Shown: positions 7,149-16,426, counted from the stretch's first letter. The stretch: 29,572 nt of DNA from a virus (IMGVR_UViG_3300033555_000018:1-29572); one strand, 5' to 3'. The notes: generated by a model from the sequence alone, not told the origin. Program-made: numbers and translations.

Positions 7149-7853
7149 ATGAAAAGAGTAATAAATTTTAGCGGAGGCAAAACAAGTGCTTTAATGACTA
7201 TTTTATTAAAGCCCACTTCTGATGATATTGTTTTGTTTACTGATACTGGCAGGGAGCATCCTTTGACTTATAAATTTATTGATGACTTTGAAATTAATGA
7301 AGGTATAAAGGTTACTAAAATATCTTATGCGGGTGGTTACAAAGCAATGGTTAAGAAAAGCAATTTTTTACCTAACCAACAAATGAGAATTTGCACAATA
7401 GAACTTAAAATAAAAACAGCTAAAAGGTATTTAAGAAGCATTGGTATTCAAAGTTTTGAATCTTATATTGGATTTAGAGCTGATGAAGAAAGAAGGGTAA
7501 ATGGTTATAAGCAATATTATAAAAAAGTTAAGCCTAAATTTCCATTGTTTAATATGAATATAAAAAAAGAAGATGTTGAACAATACTGGTCAATTAAAAA
7601 ATATACATTAAACGTACCTTCTATTTTAGGTAATTGTGATTTATGTTTCCTAAAAGGCAAAGCTGCAATAATAACTATTCTACAACATTATCCTGAATTA
7701 GCTGATAAATGGATTGCAGATGAAGAAACTATTGGAGGAACTTATTTTAAAGATTATTCATATAAACAGCTTTTAAATATCGCAAATAGGCAATTAACTT
7801 TATTTGATTTAAAAGATCAGATGCCAGCCTATAATTGCTCTTGTACTTCTTAA
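7149..7853 (+). CDS. PAPS reductase-family (adenine nucleotide alpha hydrolase) protein
   Basis: FSGGKTS PP-loop, FTDTGREH, RICTIELK, IGFRADE, GNCDLCF and terminal CSC. Confidence 0.88.
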   Translation: MKRVINFSGGKTSALMTILLKPTSDDIVLFTDTGREHPLTYKFIDDFEINEGIKVTKISYAGGYKAMVKKSNFLPNQQMRICTIELKIKTAKRYLRSIGIQSFESYIGFRADEERRVNGYKQYYKKVKPKFPLFNMNIKKEDVEQYWSIKKYTLNVPSILGNCDLCFLKGKAAIITILQHYPELADKWIADEETIGGTYFKDYSYKQLLNIANRQLTLFDLKDQMPAYNCSCTS

Positions 7854-7857
7854 CAAA

Positions 7858-7874
7858 TCCCACATTTAAATAAC
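7858..7874 (+). repeat. TCCCACATTTAAATAAC box, copy 2
   Basis: Identical 17-mer. Confidence 0.85.
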
Positions 7875-7883
7875 AATACATTA

Positions 7884-8189
7884 GTGAGCATCAACCCGAG
7901 ACAAAAGTTTAAGATAATTGATACAGGAATGATTTTTAACGTGTCTAGGGAGCTTTATCCGAAAATTGAGATAACGTTCATTGAAAGTAAAAAGAGGCAA
8001 ATTATAGAGGCTAAACGCTTTGACATGGCTTTACAAAACGGTAAGATAAAAAAGCTTACCGCAAAGGCTAAACCAAAGACTACTATTACTAATGACTTCT
8101 TTATCAAGTACAGAATTGAAAGGGAGTTGTGCTATTTGAATGAGGGCAAAGACAATATTTACGAACAATTAATAAAAGAATTGAAATGA
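7884..8189 (+). CDS. Hypothetical protein
   Basis: GTG-start ORF, ATGA-coupled to the next gene. Confidence 0.65.
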   Translation: MSINPRQKFKIIDTGMIFNVSRELYPKIEITFIESKKRQIIEAKRFDMALQNGKIKKLTAKAKPKTTITNDFFIKYRIERELCYLNEGKDNIYEQLIKELK

Positions 8190-8635
8190 AAACTATGAAC
8201 ATACTTGCATTAGATCAGGCATCAAACTGCGGTTGGTGTACTAAAACCGCTTCTGGCGTTTGGGATTTCAACACCAGAAAAGACGAATCTTCAGGAATGA
8301 AAATGATTCGATTTAAATCTAAATTAAAAGAGGTTTGCACATTAGAAGAAATAAACTTAGTTGTTTATGAACGCGTGGCAGGTTTCCATAAAAATAGCAT
8401 TATTCATGCAGCTAAGATGGTGGCTATCATTGAAAGTTACTGCGAAGAAAATGGGATTGCTTACAAAGCAGTTTCAGCAACAGAGGTAAAGAAATATGCA
8501 ACTGGCAAAGGAAACGCCAACAAAGATAAAATGATTGAAGCTGCGCAATCTAAATTAGGTTATTTAGGCAATAATGATAATGAAGCTGATGCAATGTGGA
8601 TTTATCAACTTGTTTTAAATGAATTAAATTTATAA
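8186..8635 (+). CDS. RuvC-like Holliday junction resolvase
   Basis: ILALD, VVYE, VKKYATGKGNANKD.M, DNEADA. Confidence 0.88.
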   Translation: MKTMNILALDQASNCGWCTKTASGVWDFNTRKDESSGMKMIRFKSKLKEVCTLEEINLVVYERVAGFHKNSIIHAAKMVAIIESYCEENGIAYKAVSATEVKKYATGKGNANKDKMIEAAQSKLGYLGNNDNEADAMWIYQLVLNELNL

Positions 8636-8640
8636 TTTAT

Positions 8641-8671
8641 TCCCATATTTAAACAAGTTTACTTATATTAG
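8641..8671 (+). promoter_or_regulatory. Promoter of replication operon with TCCC box variant
   Basis: TCCCATATTTAAACAAG followed by TATATTAG at 8664-8671. Confidence 0.6.
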
Positions 8672-8684
8672 CAGAGTATTAAAA

Positions 8685-8768
8685 GCGTTATTGCAGAGCG
8701 TTAAAAAAAAGACATTTAAACCCATTAGCTGGCGGAACTGCAATTTCCAAAAGCTCAATGGGTTTTTT
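8685..8768 (+). ncRNA. Structured leader / small RNA: two hairpins with complementary loops, the second terminator-like
   Basis: Loop ATTGCAG at 8690-8696 is the reverse complement of loop CTGCAAT at 8738-8744; outer stem AAACCCATT/AATGGGTTT plus T-run. Confidence 0.7.
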
Positions 8769-8789
8769 ATTAACTACTAAATATTAAAT

Positions 8790-9074
8790 ATGATTTACGA
8801 AAAAATGCCATTCGGCAAGTACAGCGGTGTGCTTTTAACAGAAATACCTTCAAACTATTTAATTCATTCTTTGGAATCTTTTGAATTAGAAGTTGAATTA
8901 AGTGAATGTATTAAAGATGAAATCTTTAAAAGATTATCTATTGAAAATGATAATACCAAATTATCAATTATTTATAATTTCTTGATGCAAAAGTACAATA
9001 TCGTTTATGATGATGGTACTAATCAAGCCTGTAATGCAATAGAAGAATTTTATTCACTTATTCAATCTTCTTAA
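8790..9074 (+). CDS. DUF3820-like (MPFGKY) protein
   Basis: MPFGKYSG..L.EIP..YL motif. Confidence 0.75.
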   Translation: MIYEKMPFGKYSGVLLTEIPSNYLIHSLESFELEVELSECIKDEIFKRLSIENDNTKLSIIYNFLMQKYNIVYDDGTNQACNAIEEFYSLIQSS

Positions 9075-9076
9075 GC

Positions 9077-9835
9077 ATGTCTAGAACGCAAAGAAATAAT
9101 GTAGACTATTTCCCTCATTCCGTAAATCATGGGAAAAAGATGTTCTATTTAAGAGGTAAGTATGGAAATAATGCTTATGCAGTTTGGTTTATGCTTCTTG
9201 AAGAACTCGGTAAAGCTGATTATCATTACTTAGACCTTAAAGATCCTGTTGAAATAATGTATCTATCATCGTCTTTTATGGTTGATGAAGTTATGCTAAT
9301 TGAAATCATTTCAACACTCGTTTCGTTTGGAGAATTTAACCAAGAATTATGGGAGGCTTATAATGTTTTATACAATGAAAAGTTTGTTAAAAACATTGAA
9401 GATGCTTATCGTAAAAGAAATAATGAGTGCATCGACATAGATGGAATACGGCGCCTTTTAGCTTCAAAGGGGCGGAGTATTGAGCCAAAAGGGCGGAGTA
9501 ATGGGGAAAAGTTCCGCCTTAAAGGTGCCGAGAATACACAAAGTAAACTAAAGGAAAGTAAAGAAGATAATACTAAAGAAAATAACTTTGATTTATTTTG
9601 GAATTTGTATCCTAAAAAAGTAGCAAAAGCGGAGTGTGAAAAAGCATTCAATAAACTATCTTCTGAAGAACAAAAAAAGATATTAGAAACCGTTGAAGAT
9701 TTCGCTAACTACAAACCTTTTGATACTTACAATCACCCAAATCCAAAAACTTACTTAAATCAAAGGAGATGGGATGATGTGATTGAAAAAGTAAAAACTA
9801 TTTCTTTACCTCAACATGGATACATAGCGCCATGA
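9077..9835 (+). CDS. Replication initiator (DUF4373/Lin1244-like N-terminus)
   Basis: VDYFPH...YAVWFMLLE N-terminus; FDLFWNLYPKK...PKTYLNQRRWDD C-terminus; precedes the helicase. Confidence 0.82.
   Translation: MSRTQRNNVDYFPHSVNHGKKMFYLRGKYGNNAYAVWFMLLEELGKADYHYLDLKDPVEIMYLSSSFMVDEVMLIEIISTLVSFGEFNQELWEAYNVLYNEKFVKNIEDAYRKRNNECIDIDGIRRLLASKGRSIEPKGRSNGEKFRLKGAENTQSKLKESKEDNTKENNFDLFWNLYPKKVAKAECEKAFNKLSSEEQKKILETVEDFANYKPFDTYNHPNPKTYLNQRRWDDVIEKVKTISLPQHGYIAP
9452..9534. repeat. Candidate replication origin iterons inside the initiator gene
   Basis: CAAA(G/A)GGGCGGAGTA at 9465 and 9486; inverted CGCCTT copies near 9452 and 9515; A-rich tract follows. Confidence 0.65.
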
Positions 9836-10788
9836 GTTTAAAGGCTATAAGCCAAAACGATATTCAAAATAGTTTATTAGACTATTTAGAACATGGAGGG
9901 CGCCCAGGCGTAAAGCTTGGTTTTGAATCATTAAATGAATTTTACTCTCATAAAGCTGGTGGTGTAACCGATTGGACTGGATTTCCTGCAAGCGGAAAAA
10001 CATACTTTGCTCTAGAGATAGCAATGGGATTAAGCGAAAAGTACGGCACTAGGCATGGGCTTTATGTTCCGGATTTAGGTTCTGATAACGAAGTGCTTCA
10101 AAAGCTAGTGAAGATGAAAACAGGAAAAGACTTTAGCAATAAGTATCAAAACAAAATAGAAAGCCATGAGCTTATAAAGGTTCTTCCTTGGATAATGCAC
10201 CACTTTGTTATTTTTAAGAAAAGTGATATTAAGGGAGGTGTTACTCCTTTAAACTTTTGGGAAACTATTTGCAGTTATAAAGATGATGCTGGAATTGTTA
10301 ATACTGGCATTGCTGACAGTTGGAAAAACTTTAAGCATATTTATTCAGGTCGTGAAGATTCTTATTTAGATGAAGTTTTAAGCATTAGAAACGAAATGGC
10401 AGAATCTTACCAAAAGCATTTTCACACTATTGCACACGCTGTTAAGACAGAATTAAACGATCATCAAAAAGGTTCTGGTAAAAGACGAGTACCTAATGCT
10501 TGGGACATAAAGGGTGGTGGTTCTTGGTTTGCTAATGGTAAAACAATTATAACGGCCGACTGGCCAGACAAGACCGATAACTTTATCAATCTTCACATTG
10601 GAAAAGTAAAGCCAGAAGACGTTGGCGTAATAGGTAGTGTTATTGGTTTAATATGCTTAGATGTTAAGCGGGGCAGATATTACGAATTCGTTGATGGTAA
10701 AAAATGCTATGCTTTTGATTTTGAAAATGTGGTAAAAATAAATTTTAATGATGAAAGGCAAGATTATAAAAGCGAAATATTTTTATGA
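9832..10788 (+). CDS. DnaB-like (SF4) replicative helicase
   Basis: Walker A GFPASGKT, IADSW, TIAH, DIKGGGSW. Confidence 0.8.
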   Translation: MSLKAISQNDIQNSLLDYLEHGGRPGVKLGFESLNEFYSHKAGGVTDWTGFPASGKTYFALEIAMGLSEKYGTRHGLYVPDLGSDNEVLQKLVKMKTGKDFSNKYQNKIESHELIKVLPWIMHHFVIFKKSDIKGGVTPLNFWETICSYKDDAGIVNTGIADSWKNFKHIYSGREDSYLDEVLSIRNEMAESYQKHFHTIAHAVKTELNDHQKGSGKRRVPNAWDIKGGGSWFANGKTIITADWPDKTDNFINLHIGKVKPEDVGVIGSVIGLICLDVKRGRYYEFVDGKKCYAFDFENVVKINFNDERQDYKSEIFL

Positions 10789-11162
10789 GTTACATAAGCC
10801 AAAGCAAAGCTATTGAAGATAATTTTCAATCACAAATAAATGCTGATATGCAAATCATGGCCGGATGGATTGAAGATACTTTGCAACCCGCTGTTGATAT
10901 TCTAAAAGTTAAGACTGGATTAATAGCTCTTTTAAAAGACGTTTTAAAGTTTGAAGCTAAAACAGGTGCAACAGAGAAATCAAGTGATAGAAAATTGTTT
11001 TTGCAATCATTGATTGAATCTTCTACAAGGATAGACAATATAGCGACACAGAACAATACTTTTCAGTTATTGGTAAAATATACCGTTGATGAAAACAAAT
11101 CGCTTAGACGCGATATAAACACCCTTAAAAACCAAATAGAAAATTTAAATAAAGAATTATGA
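10785..11162 (+). CDS. Hypothetical helical protein
   Basis: ATGA-coupled ORF. Confidence 0.75.
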   Translation: MSYISQSKAIEDNFQSQINADMQIMAGWIEDTLQPAVDILKVKTGLIALLKDVLKFEAKTGATEKSSDRKLFLQSLIESSTRIDNIATQNNTFQLLVKYTVDENKSLRRDINTLKNQIENLNKEL

Positions 11163-11458
11163 AAAACAAAGAACTACAAGAGCAAGTTTTGCAATGGGCA
11201 AATGACAAAGGAATTTTAAAACCAGAAAACGCTTTAAAGCAATTCGCTAAGTTTATAAGCGAAGCAGGTGAATTAGGTGATGCTATCATCAAAGATGAAC
11301 AGGATAATATAATTGACGCTTTAGGTGATGTACAAGTGACAATAATTATCTTAGCTAAACAATTAGGCTTAGATTATAATCATTGCTTAGAAACGGCTTA
11401 TAACGTGATTAAGAACAGGACTGGAGTTACAAAAAACGGTACGTTTATTAAAGATTAG
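11159..11458 (+). CDS. MazG-like nucleotide pyrophosphohydrolase
   Basis: WANDKGI...SEAGEL...DALGDVQV...AYNVIKNRTG...GTFIKD. Confidence 0.9.
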   Translation: MKNKELQEQVLQWANDKGILKPENALKQFAKFISEAGELGDAIIKDEQDNIIDALGDVQVTIIILAKQLGLDYNHCLETAYNVIKNRTGVTKNGTFIKD

Positions 11459-11462
11459 TAAA

Positions 11463-11828
11463 ATGAAAGAATTTAAAACAAGTAAAGGGAGTTTTTTGGC
11501 AGTTAAAGTTCCTGAAAAGGCAAGCGATTTTTATGTTTTTAATGATAAATATGATCCATATCTTTTTTATAAGATAAAGCATGAAACAGGTAGAATACAT
11601 TTAGATTATGCTAAATATTCAATCATAGGCTTACTTTCTGAAATAACAGAGGAACAGGCTAAAGAGGTGGTTGATAAAGAAATGATGAAAACGTTTATTG
11701 ACTATACTCAAAGTAAAGTAGTTGACACTTATTGCCTGTATTCTGCTTTAGAATCATTTAACTCACTAATGCAAGCTAATGAGATTGATTTAAATGGTAA
11801 CTGGTTAATCCTTAAAAAAGAATCATGA
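11463..11828 (+). CDS. Hypothetical protein
   Basis: ORF in operon. Confidence 0.75.
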   Translation: MKEFKTSKGSFLAVKVPEKASDFYVFNDKYDPYLFYKIKHETGRIHLDYAKYSIIGLLSEITEEQAKEVVDKEMMKTFIDYTQSKVVDTYCLYSALESFNSLMQANEIDLNGNWLILKKES

Positions 11829-12136
11829 AAAAGTACGAATTTAGAATTAAGCCAATTGATTTGATAAGATTTTATCCGCAATTTAAAGATAAAGTAAATA
11901 TTTTAGGAATAAATTTTATTGTTTGGAGATATATACCAGATTCAATATTTAGTGGAGTTAAATCAATTAAAAAAATGCCATGGATTTATTTACCTTATAC
12001 AACGTCTCATTGTTATAAAAGCTTCTTTAAACTAAGTCATGCGGTTTATTGGTGTGGGAAAAATATACAATTAGATAATTATTTACAAGAATACTTTAAT
12101 GAATTTAACCAGAGAACATCAAATTATTATTTATGA
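11825..12136 (+). CDS. Hypothetical protein
   Basis: ATGA-coupled ORF. Confidence 0.7.
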   Translation: MKKYEFRIKPIDLIRFYPQFKDKVNILGINFIVWRYIPDSIFSGVKSIKKMPWIYLPYTTSHCYKSFFKLSHAVYWCGKNIQLDNYLQEYFNEFNQRTSNYYL

Positions 12137-12438
12137 AAACTACAAGAGAAGAGTATATGACCGCCAAAAAATTGGTATCAGATTACGAAAGTTGCAGGTA
12201 TGCTGAATTTGTAATTAAAAGAGAGGCTTTCAGAAAAGATTTAGAAGTAATGTTCTTAACTAATGATAAGCTAACCATAAAAGAGTTTAAATTAGATTTT
12301 GATGAAAACTACATAACACCAATAAATCCTAATCTATTTGACGCTTATAGCGGAGAGCTAGATGGAGAGATAGCAATGTTAGGTAAAAAGCATGGAGTAA
12401 CTTATGTCATGCATGAGTGGGCTTATTGCGATAGGTAG
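12133..12438 (+). CDS. Hypothetical protein
   Basis: ATGA-coupled ORF. Confidence 0.7.
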   Translation: MKTTREEYMTAKKLVSDYESCRYAEFVIKREAFRKDLEVMFLTNDKLTIKEFKLDFDENYITPINPNLFDAYSGELDGEIAMLGKKHGVTYVMHEWAYCDR

Positions 12439-12444
12439 TTATGC

Positions 12445-12660
12445 ATGGGAAGAGAACGTCGTAAAAACTTAGAAAACAACCTAAAGAATATGAAAACAGA
12501 AATCGTTGGCGAACTTACGCAAGAGAAAGAAATTGAAAAAACTGATTGCACTTTTATTTGTGATAATTGTAGAGACATAAGTGGTTTTTATCTCGGAACA
12601 ACTTGCCCTAAATGTAAAAGATCATTCAGAGATGTTAAATCCAATAACAATAAAGTTTAG
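12445..12660 (+). CDS. Small zinc-ribbon protein (alternative start 12490)
   Basis: CDNC...CPKC. Confidence 0.65.
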   Translation: MGRERRKNLENNLKNMKTEIVGELTQEKEIEKTDCTFICDNCRDISGFYLGTTCPKCKRSFRDVKSNNNKV

Positions 12661-12662
12661 CA

Positions 12663-12887
12663 ATGAGTAAGATGAAAACAGAAATCAAAGTAGGTGACAC
12701 TTTTAGAGTGTTTGAGGTGGTTAATCCAATGTTTGAATCAGAAGATAAATTTATTGGAAAACAATCTTTAGAAAGGAAAAGTGTATTAAGACTCAATTAT
12801 TTATTTATAAGCGATAATATTTGGGATATTAAACACGAATTAAAACAAGTAGGAACGATTAGAATTAAAAGTTTAAAGGATAAGTAA
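12663..12887 (+). CDS. Hypothetical protein (alternative start 12672)
   Basis: ORF in operon. Confidence 0.7.
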   Translation: MSKMKTEIKVGDTFRVFEVVNPMFESEDKFIGKQSLERKSVLRLNYLFISDNIWDIKHELKQVGTIRIKSLKDK

Positions 12888-12888
12888 G

Positions 12889-13116
12889 ATGACAGCACAA
12901 GAAGCTAACGACATAGCAAAAGCAAAGAATATATCTATTTTTTATGAATGTTTAGATAAGATAATGGAAAATATTAAACATCATTCTAAGCATGGTTATT
13001 TTGAGTTAACATGTTGGGATAAATTAAATGATGATGTTAAAAAGCATTTATTAGAATTAGATTATGGACTTGAAAATCCAGAAGAAGGCTGTACAATAAT
13101 AAGCTGGAGGCTGTAA
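12889..13116 (+). CDS. Hypothetical protein
   Basis: MTAQEA...L.ELDY....IISW small phage protein pattern. Confidence 0.75.
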   Translation: MTAQEANDIAKAKNISIFYECLDKIMENIKHHSKHGYFELTCWDKLNDDVKKHLLELDYGLENPEEGCTIISWRL

Positions 13117-13317
13117 ATGAATCCAATAGATAAAACATGGGTGTACTTAGAGAAACTCCCCAAACATAAATGGATTGCTTTGGCTGAACTGAAGCTGAAT
13201 GACCGGGCTAAGTTTATTGAGCTTGTTAAACATTGCATTGACTTACACTATCAATGTTACTTCAATGATGACTACACCTCAATAAAAATATTAGATAAAT
13301 TTCCCGTTTTTAAATAA
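13117..13317 (+). CDS. Hypothetical protein
   Basis: Abuts the previous stop; last gene before the packaging operon. Confidence 0.7.
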   Translation: MNPIDKTWVYLEKLPKHKWIALAELKLNDRAKFIELVKHCIDLHYQCYFNDDYTSIKILDKFPVFK

Positions 13318-13333
13318 GTTTACTTTATATTTG
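13302..13333 (+). promoter_or_regulatory. Promoter of packaging/tail operon with TCCC box variant
   Basis: TCCCGTTTTTAAATAAG followed by TATATTTG at 13326-13333. Confidence 0.68.
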
Positions 13334-13371
13334 TTTTATACTGATTAAATACTAAAGTAGAATTATGTAGC

Positions 13372-13641
13372 ATGGCAGCGCCCAAGGGTCAAGAAAAAAA
13401 AGGTGGTCGAGTAAAAGGTACTCCAAATAAAGAAACTCAATCAATAAGAGATTCATTTAAGTTGTTGGTAGAGAATAATTTACAAACACTACAAGAGGAT
13501 TTTGATAAATTAAACGAGGCTGAAAGAATAAAATATACTATTGAATTAGCTAAGTTTTGCTTACCTACTTTAAAAGCTATTGAAATGAGTGGAGAAATTA
13601 ACACAACTCAAAGACAACCTATTGTATTTATTGAAAAGTAA
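13372..13641 (+). CDS. Terminase small subunit (putative)
   Basis: GGRVKGTPNK motif; directly upstream of TerL. Confidence 0.75.
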   Translation: MAAPKGQEKKGGRVKGTPNKETQSIRDSFKLLVENNLQTLQEDFDKLNEAERIKYTIELAKFCLPTLKAIEMSGEINTTQRQPIVFIEK

Positions 13642-14909
13642 TGCCAGAGTTTTCTAATAAATATTTACCATTATTTAAGTTATTAAACGGAGCTCATCCA
13701 AAAGTAGATACCGTTCTTATTTCGGGTGGGCGTGATTCAGGTAAAACATTTGCAGTAACTTCTTTTGTGCCAATAGCAGCTGCAGACTTTAATCACAGAA
13801 TATTATTTACAAGGCAAACAATGTCGAGTACCGACAGATCAATAACATTAGCTTTAGATAATAGGCTGGAATTATTAGGATTAGAACAGGATTTTGAGTT
13901 CGCTAATAATGATTACAAAACAAAACACAATAAAGGTTTAATTTCTATTACAGGTCAAAAGACAAGCGTAGGAACTCAAACGGCAAAGCTTAAATCATTA
14001 GAAGATTATTCAATGTTTATAACCGAAGAGGGCGAAGAGCTAACTGGTTATGAAGATTGGAAAAAAGTAAAGCGCTCAATAAGAGCACAAGATGTTCAAG
14101 CAATATCTATAATCGTTTTCAACCCACCTACTAAAGCGCATTGGATGTATGAGCAATGGTATAAATCTATACCAGATGGTTTTAATGGTGTTGTAGACAA
14201 GATTATGTACATTCACACTAACTACTTAGATAATGGCAAAGCTAACATGTCGCCATCTAATTGGGATGATTACGAAAGTTTGAGATTTTTATATAATCAG
14301 TATTTAGAAACTCAAAAAGATTTAAGAGCAGACCTATCAAAGAAAGTAATTAAGGGCTATAAAGAATATAAGAACATTGTTTTAGGAGCTTTTAGAGATA
14401 CAGCCGAGGGAGTAGTATTTGATTATGAAATAGGGGAGTTTGTATCAAATGAATATGAAGATGTGTTTGGGATGGATGTTGGATATAATGACAGTACAGC
14501 GGTTGTTAAGGTATCCGTAGATAAAAAGCAAAAGAAAATATACTTAGATGAAGTCTTTTATAAGTCAAATCAAATCCCTGATACTATTGTTGAAGCGATT
14601 AAGCCAATAGTAGGCACTAAGCGTATCTGGTGCGATAACCAGGCTAAGATGTTTATAAAGGATTTGCAGAATAAAGGATTGAATATAAAGCCTTGCGAAA
14701 AGCCGAAGATTACGGATTCTATTCTTACAATTTTGAACTATGAAATAATAGTTACACCAACATCAAAGAATTTAATATTTGAATTAAACAATTATAAATG
14801 GGCTGATGGTAAAAAAGATGAGCCTATTGATGCTTTTAATCACGCAATAGATGCGTTTAGATACGCTGCAATAATTAAGATAGGTAGAAAAACACCAATG
14901 CCATTATGA
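13641..14909 (+). CDS. terL: Terminase large subunit (PBSX-like)
   Basis: GGRDSGKT, FITEE, FNPP, GMDVGY, DAFNHAIDAFRY. Confidence 0.95.
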   Translation: MPEFSNKYLPLFKLLNGAHPKVDTVLISGGRDSGKTFAVTSFVPIAAADFNHRILFTRQTMSSTDRSITLALDNRLELLGLEQDFEFANNDYKTKHNKGLISITGQKTSVGTQTAKLKSLEDYSMFITEEGEELTGYEDWKKVKRSIRAQDVQAISIIVFNPPTKAHWMYEQWYKSIPDGFNGVVDKIMYIHTNYLDNGKANMSPSNWDDYESLRFLYNQYLETQKDLRADLSKKVIKGYKEYKNIVLGAFRDTAEGVVFDYEIGEFVSNEYEDVFGMDVGYNDSTAVVKVSVDKKQKKIYLDEVFYKSNQIPDTIVEAIKPIVGTKRIWCDNQAKMFIKDLQNKGLNIKPCEKPKITDSILTILNYEIIVTPTSKNLIFELNNYKWADGKKDEPIDAFNHAIDAFRYAAIIKIGRKTPMPL

Positions 14910-15118
14910 TAAAGAAAACTAAAATACCATTAGGGGATAGTTTCCAAAAAGAAACAAATCGCATTCATTTAAAAAGGTTATTTCCTTTTTTAAGTCAAGA
15001 GTTTAGGCAATTAAATAAGTCGGAATTAAACAAATTAGAAGTTTTGCATGAGCTATTCGGAAGCAAGGAAACAGATTTGGAAAAGCTTAAAGTTCTATTT
15101 AACTATCAGTCTATTTAA
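14906..15118 (+). CDS. Hypothetical protein, possibly the N-terminal part of a frameshifted gene
   Basis: ATGA-coupled to TerL; overlaps the next ORF by 71 nt. Confidence 0.6.
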   Translation: MIKKTKIPLGDSFQKETNRIHLKRLFPFLSQEFRQLNKSELNKLEVLHELFGSKETDLEKLKVLFNYQSI

Positions 15119-15542
15119 GATTGATGTTAGCTTTAAAACGGCTGGAAGGTTTATAGATTTAGAAACATACATTCAAGAACAAGATGATGAAGCGTTTATA
15201 AAAGCAACTGTTAAACCATGGTTATTTTGGGTTAAAGTTCCTGAAAAGGTTAAAGCTTATGCCATGGCTTTATACATGATTGAAGTAAATGAGATTAAAG
15301 AAGATGAAACTTTTACATGGATCTACAACCCTCCTCAATTTGTTGGCAATGGCAAGGTAACGCAAGGTAGTATTGAGCGTGAAGCATTTGCAAAGACGTA
15401 CGGTGGGTATGTGGAAATGGTTTATTTGTGCTGCAATCAAGACCCGACAAAGTGGGAGGAGATTTTTAACTGGGAAACAAAGAAGTTTCTTTTTTTATCA
15501 GCTTATTTATTACGGAAAAAAATAGTAGAAGGACTAGATTAA
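15048..15542 (+). CDS. Morphogenesis protein, possible tail assembly chaperone
   Basis: GRFIDLETYI motif and a helical C-terminus; position. Confidence 0.55.
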   Translation: MSYSEARKQIWKSLKFYLTISLFKIDVSFKTAGRFIDLETYIQEQDDEAFIKATVKPWLFWVKVPEKVKAYAMALYMIEVNEIKEDETFTWIYNPPQFVGNGKVTQGSIEREAFAKTYGGYVEMVYLCCNQDPTKWEEIFNWETKKFLFLSAYLLRKKIVEGLD

Positions 15543-15547
15543 ATATT

Positions 15548-15739
15548 ATGGCAAGACAATACAGAATACCAAACAGACCTTTATTAAATAATAAACTAAA
15601 GCCTATTGTTATTTTTCAAAATTACATAGATAATGAAGAAGATTCCATAAAAATAAGAAATATGATTAGTAAAGATTACTATGCTTTGTTTTTATCTATA
15701 CCATATGAAGGTGTGGATATTAAAATTCTTAAATCATGA
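15548..15739 (+). CDS. Hypothetical accessory protein
   Basis: Small ORF among structural genes. Confidence 0.65.
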   Translation: MARQYRIPNRPLLNNKLKPIVIFQNYIDNEEDSIKIRNMISKDYYALFLSIPYEGVDIKILKS

Positions 15740-16188
15740 ATGAGTTATCAACATTAACCAACTTTTTAATTAAGCAGTTTGAAGCTGATGATTTAGTCAA
15801 TACCATTACGATGGTTCCGACTAAGCATATTGATAACAACAAAGAAAACATCTATCAATTAGTTAATATAGACTACATACAGAGCCAAATAATAGATAAT
15901 TATATTATTGGAAGGTATCTAATCACAGCCGTTCAGCAACGAGATATTCAACCAAAAAAGTTAGATAGTAAATTAAGATTAGATATTAATTTGCCTGACA
16001 ATCGTAATGAAACGTTAAGCGTAATTACTAGATTTATAAACCAATTCAATTCAAATCACTTTGAATATAACATAGATTTATTCAGTCAAACAACAATAAC
16101 TGTTTTAGAAGATTGGAATAAAAACGGTTTAGATGGTCATCAAATTACTATTGAATTATCTATTCCAAATTTAGGATCGGGATGTTAA
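15736..16188 (+). CDS. Tail terminator-like structural protein (putative)
   Basis: Size, alpha/beta pattern and position next to neck genes. Confidence 0.55.
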   Translation: MNELSTLTNFLIKQFEADDLVNTITMVPTKHIDNNKENIYQLVNIDYIQSQIIDNYIIGRYLITAVQQRDIQPKKLDSKLRLDINLPDNRNETLSVITRFINQFNSNHFEYNIDLFSQTTITVLEDWNKNGLDGHQITIELSIPNLGSGC

Positions 16189-16198
16189 ATATAAAATA

Positions 16199-16426
16199 AT
16201 GAATAAAAATATTGTATTAATTGGCGGTGGTTGTGCTTCAATGACCGAAAGGGTTAAGATAATTATTAATGAAATGGCTAATGAACAAGTGAAGATTGTA
16301 AATAACTTTTCTCAACCTGAACCAATGTATCTAACAAATATACGCGTTCCAGATCTATCATTTTTTAATCCAATAATGAGCAGAAAAGAACGTAGAAAGC
16401 AGGAACGACAATTAAAGAAATGTTAG
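16199..16426 (+). CDS. Hypothetical accessory protein
   Basis: Small ORF with SRKERRKQER tail. Confidence 0.65.
   Translation: MNKNIVLIGGGCASMTERVKIIINEMANEQVKIVNNFSQPEPMYLTNIRVPDLSFFNPIMSRKERRKQERQLKKC

Noticed and set aside
11458-13121. Junction repeat between starts 11463 and 13117
   Set aside because: GTAAAATGAA versus GTAAATGAA differ by an indel; the remaining match is expected from start-codon bias
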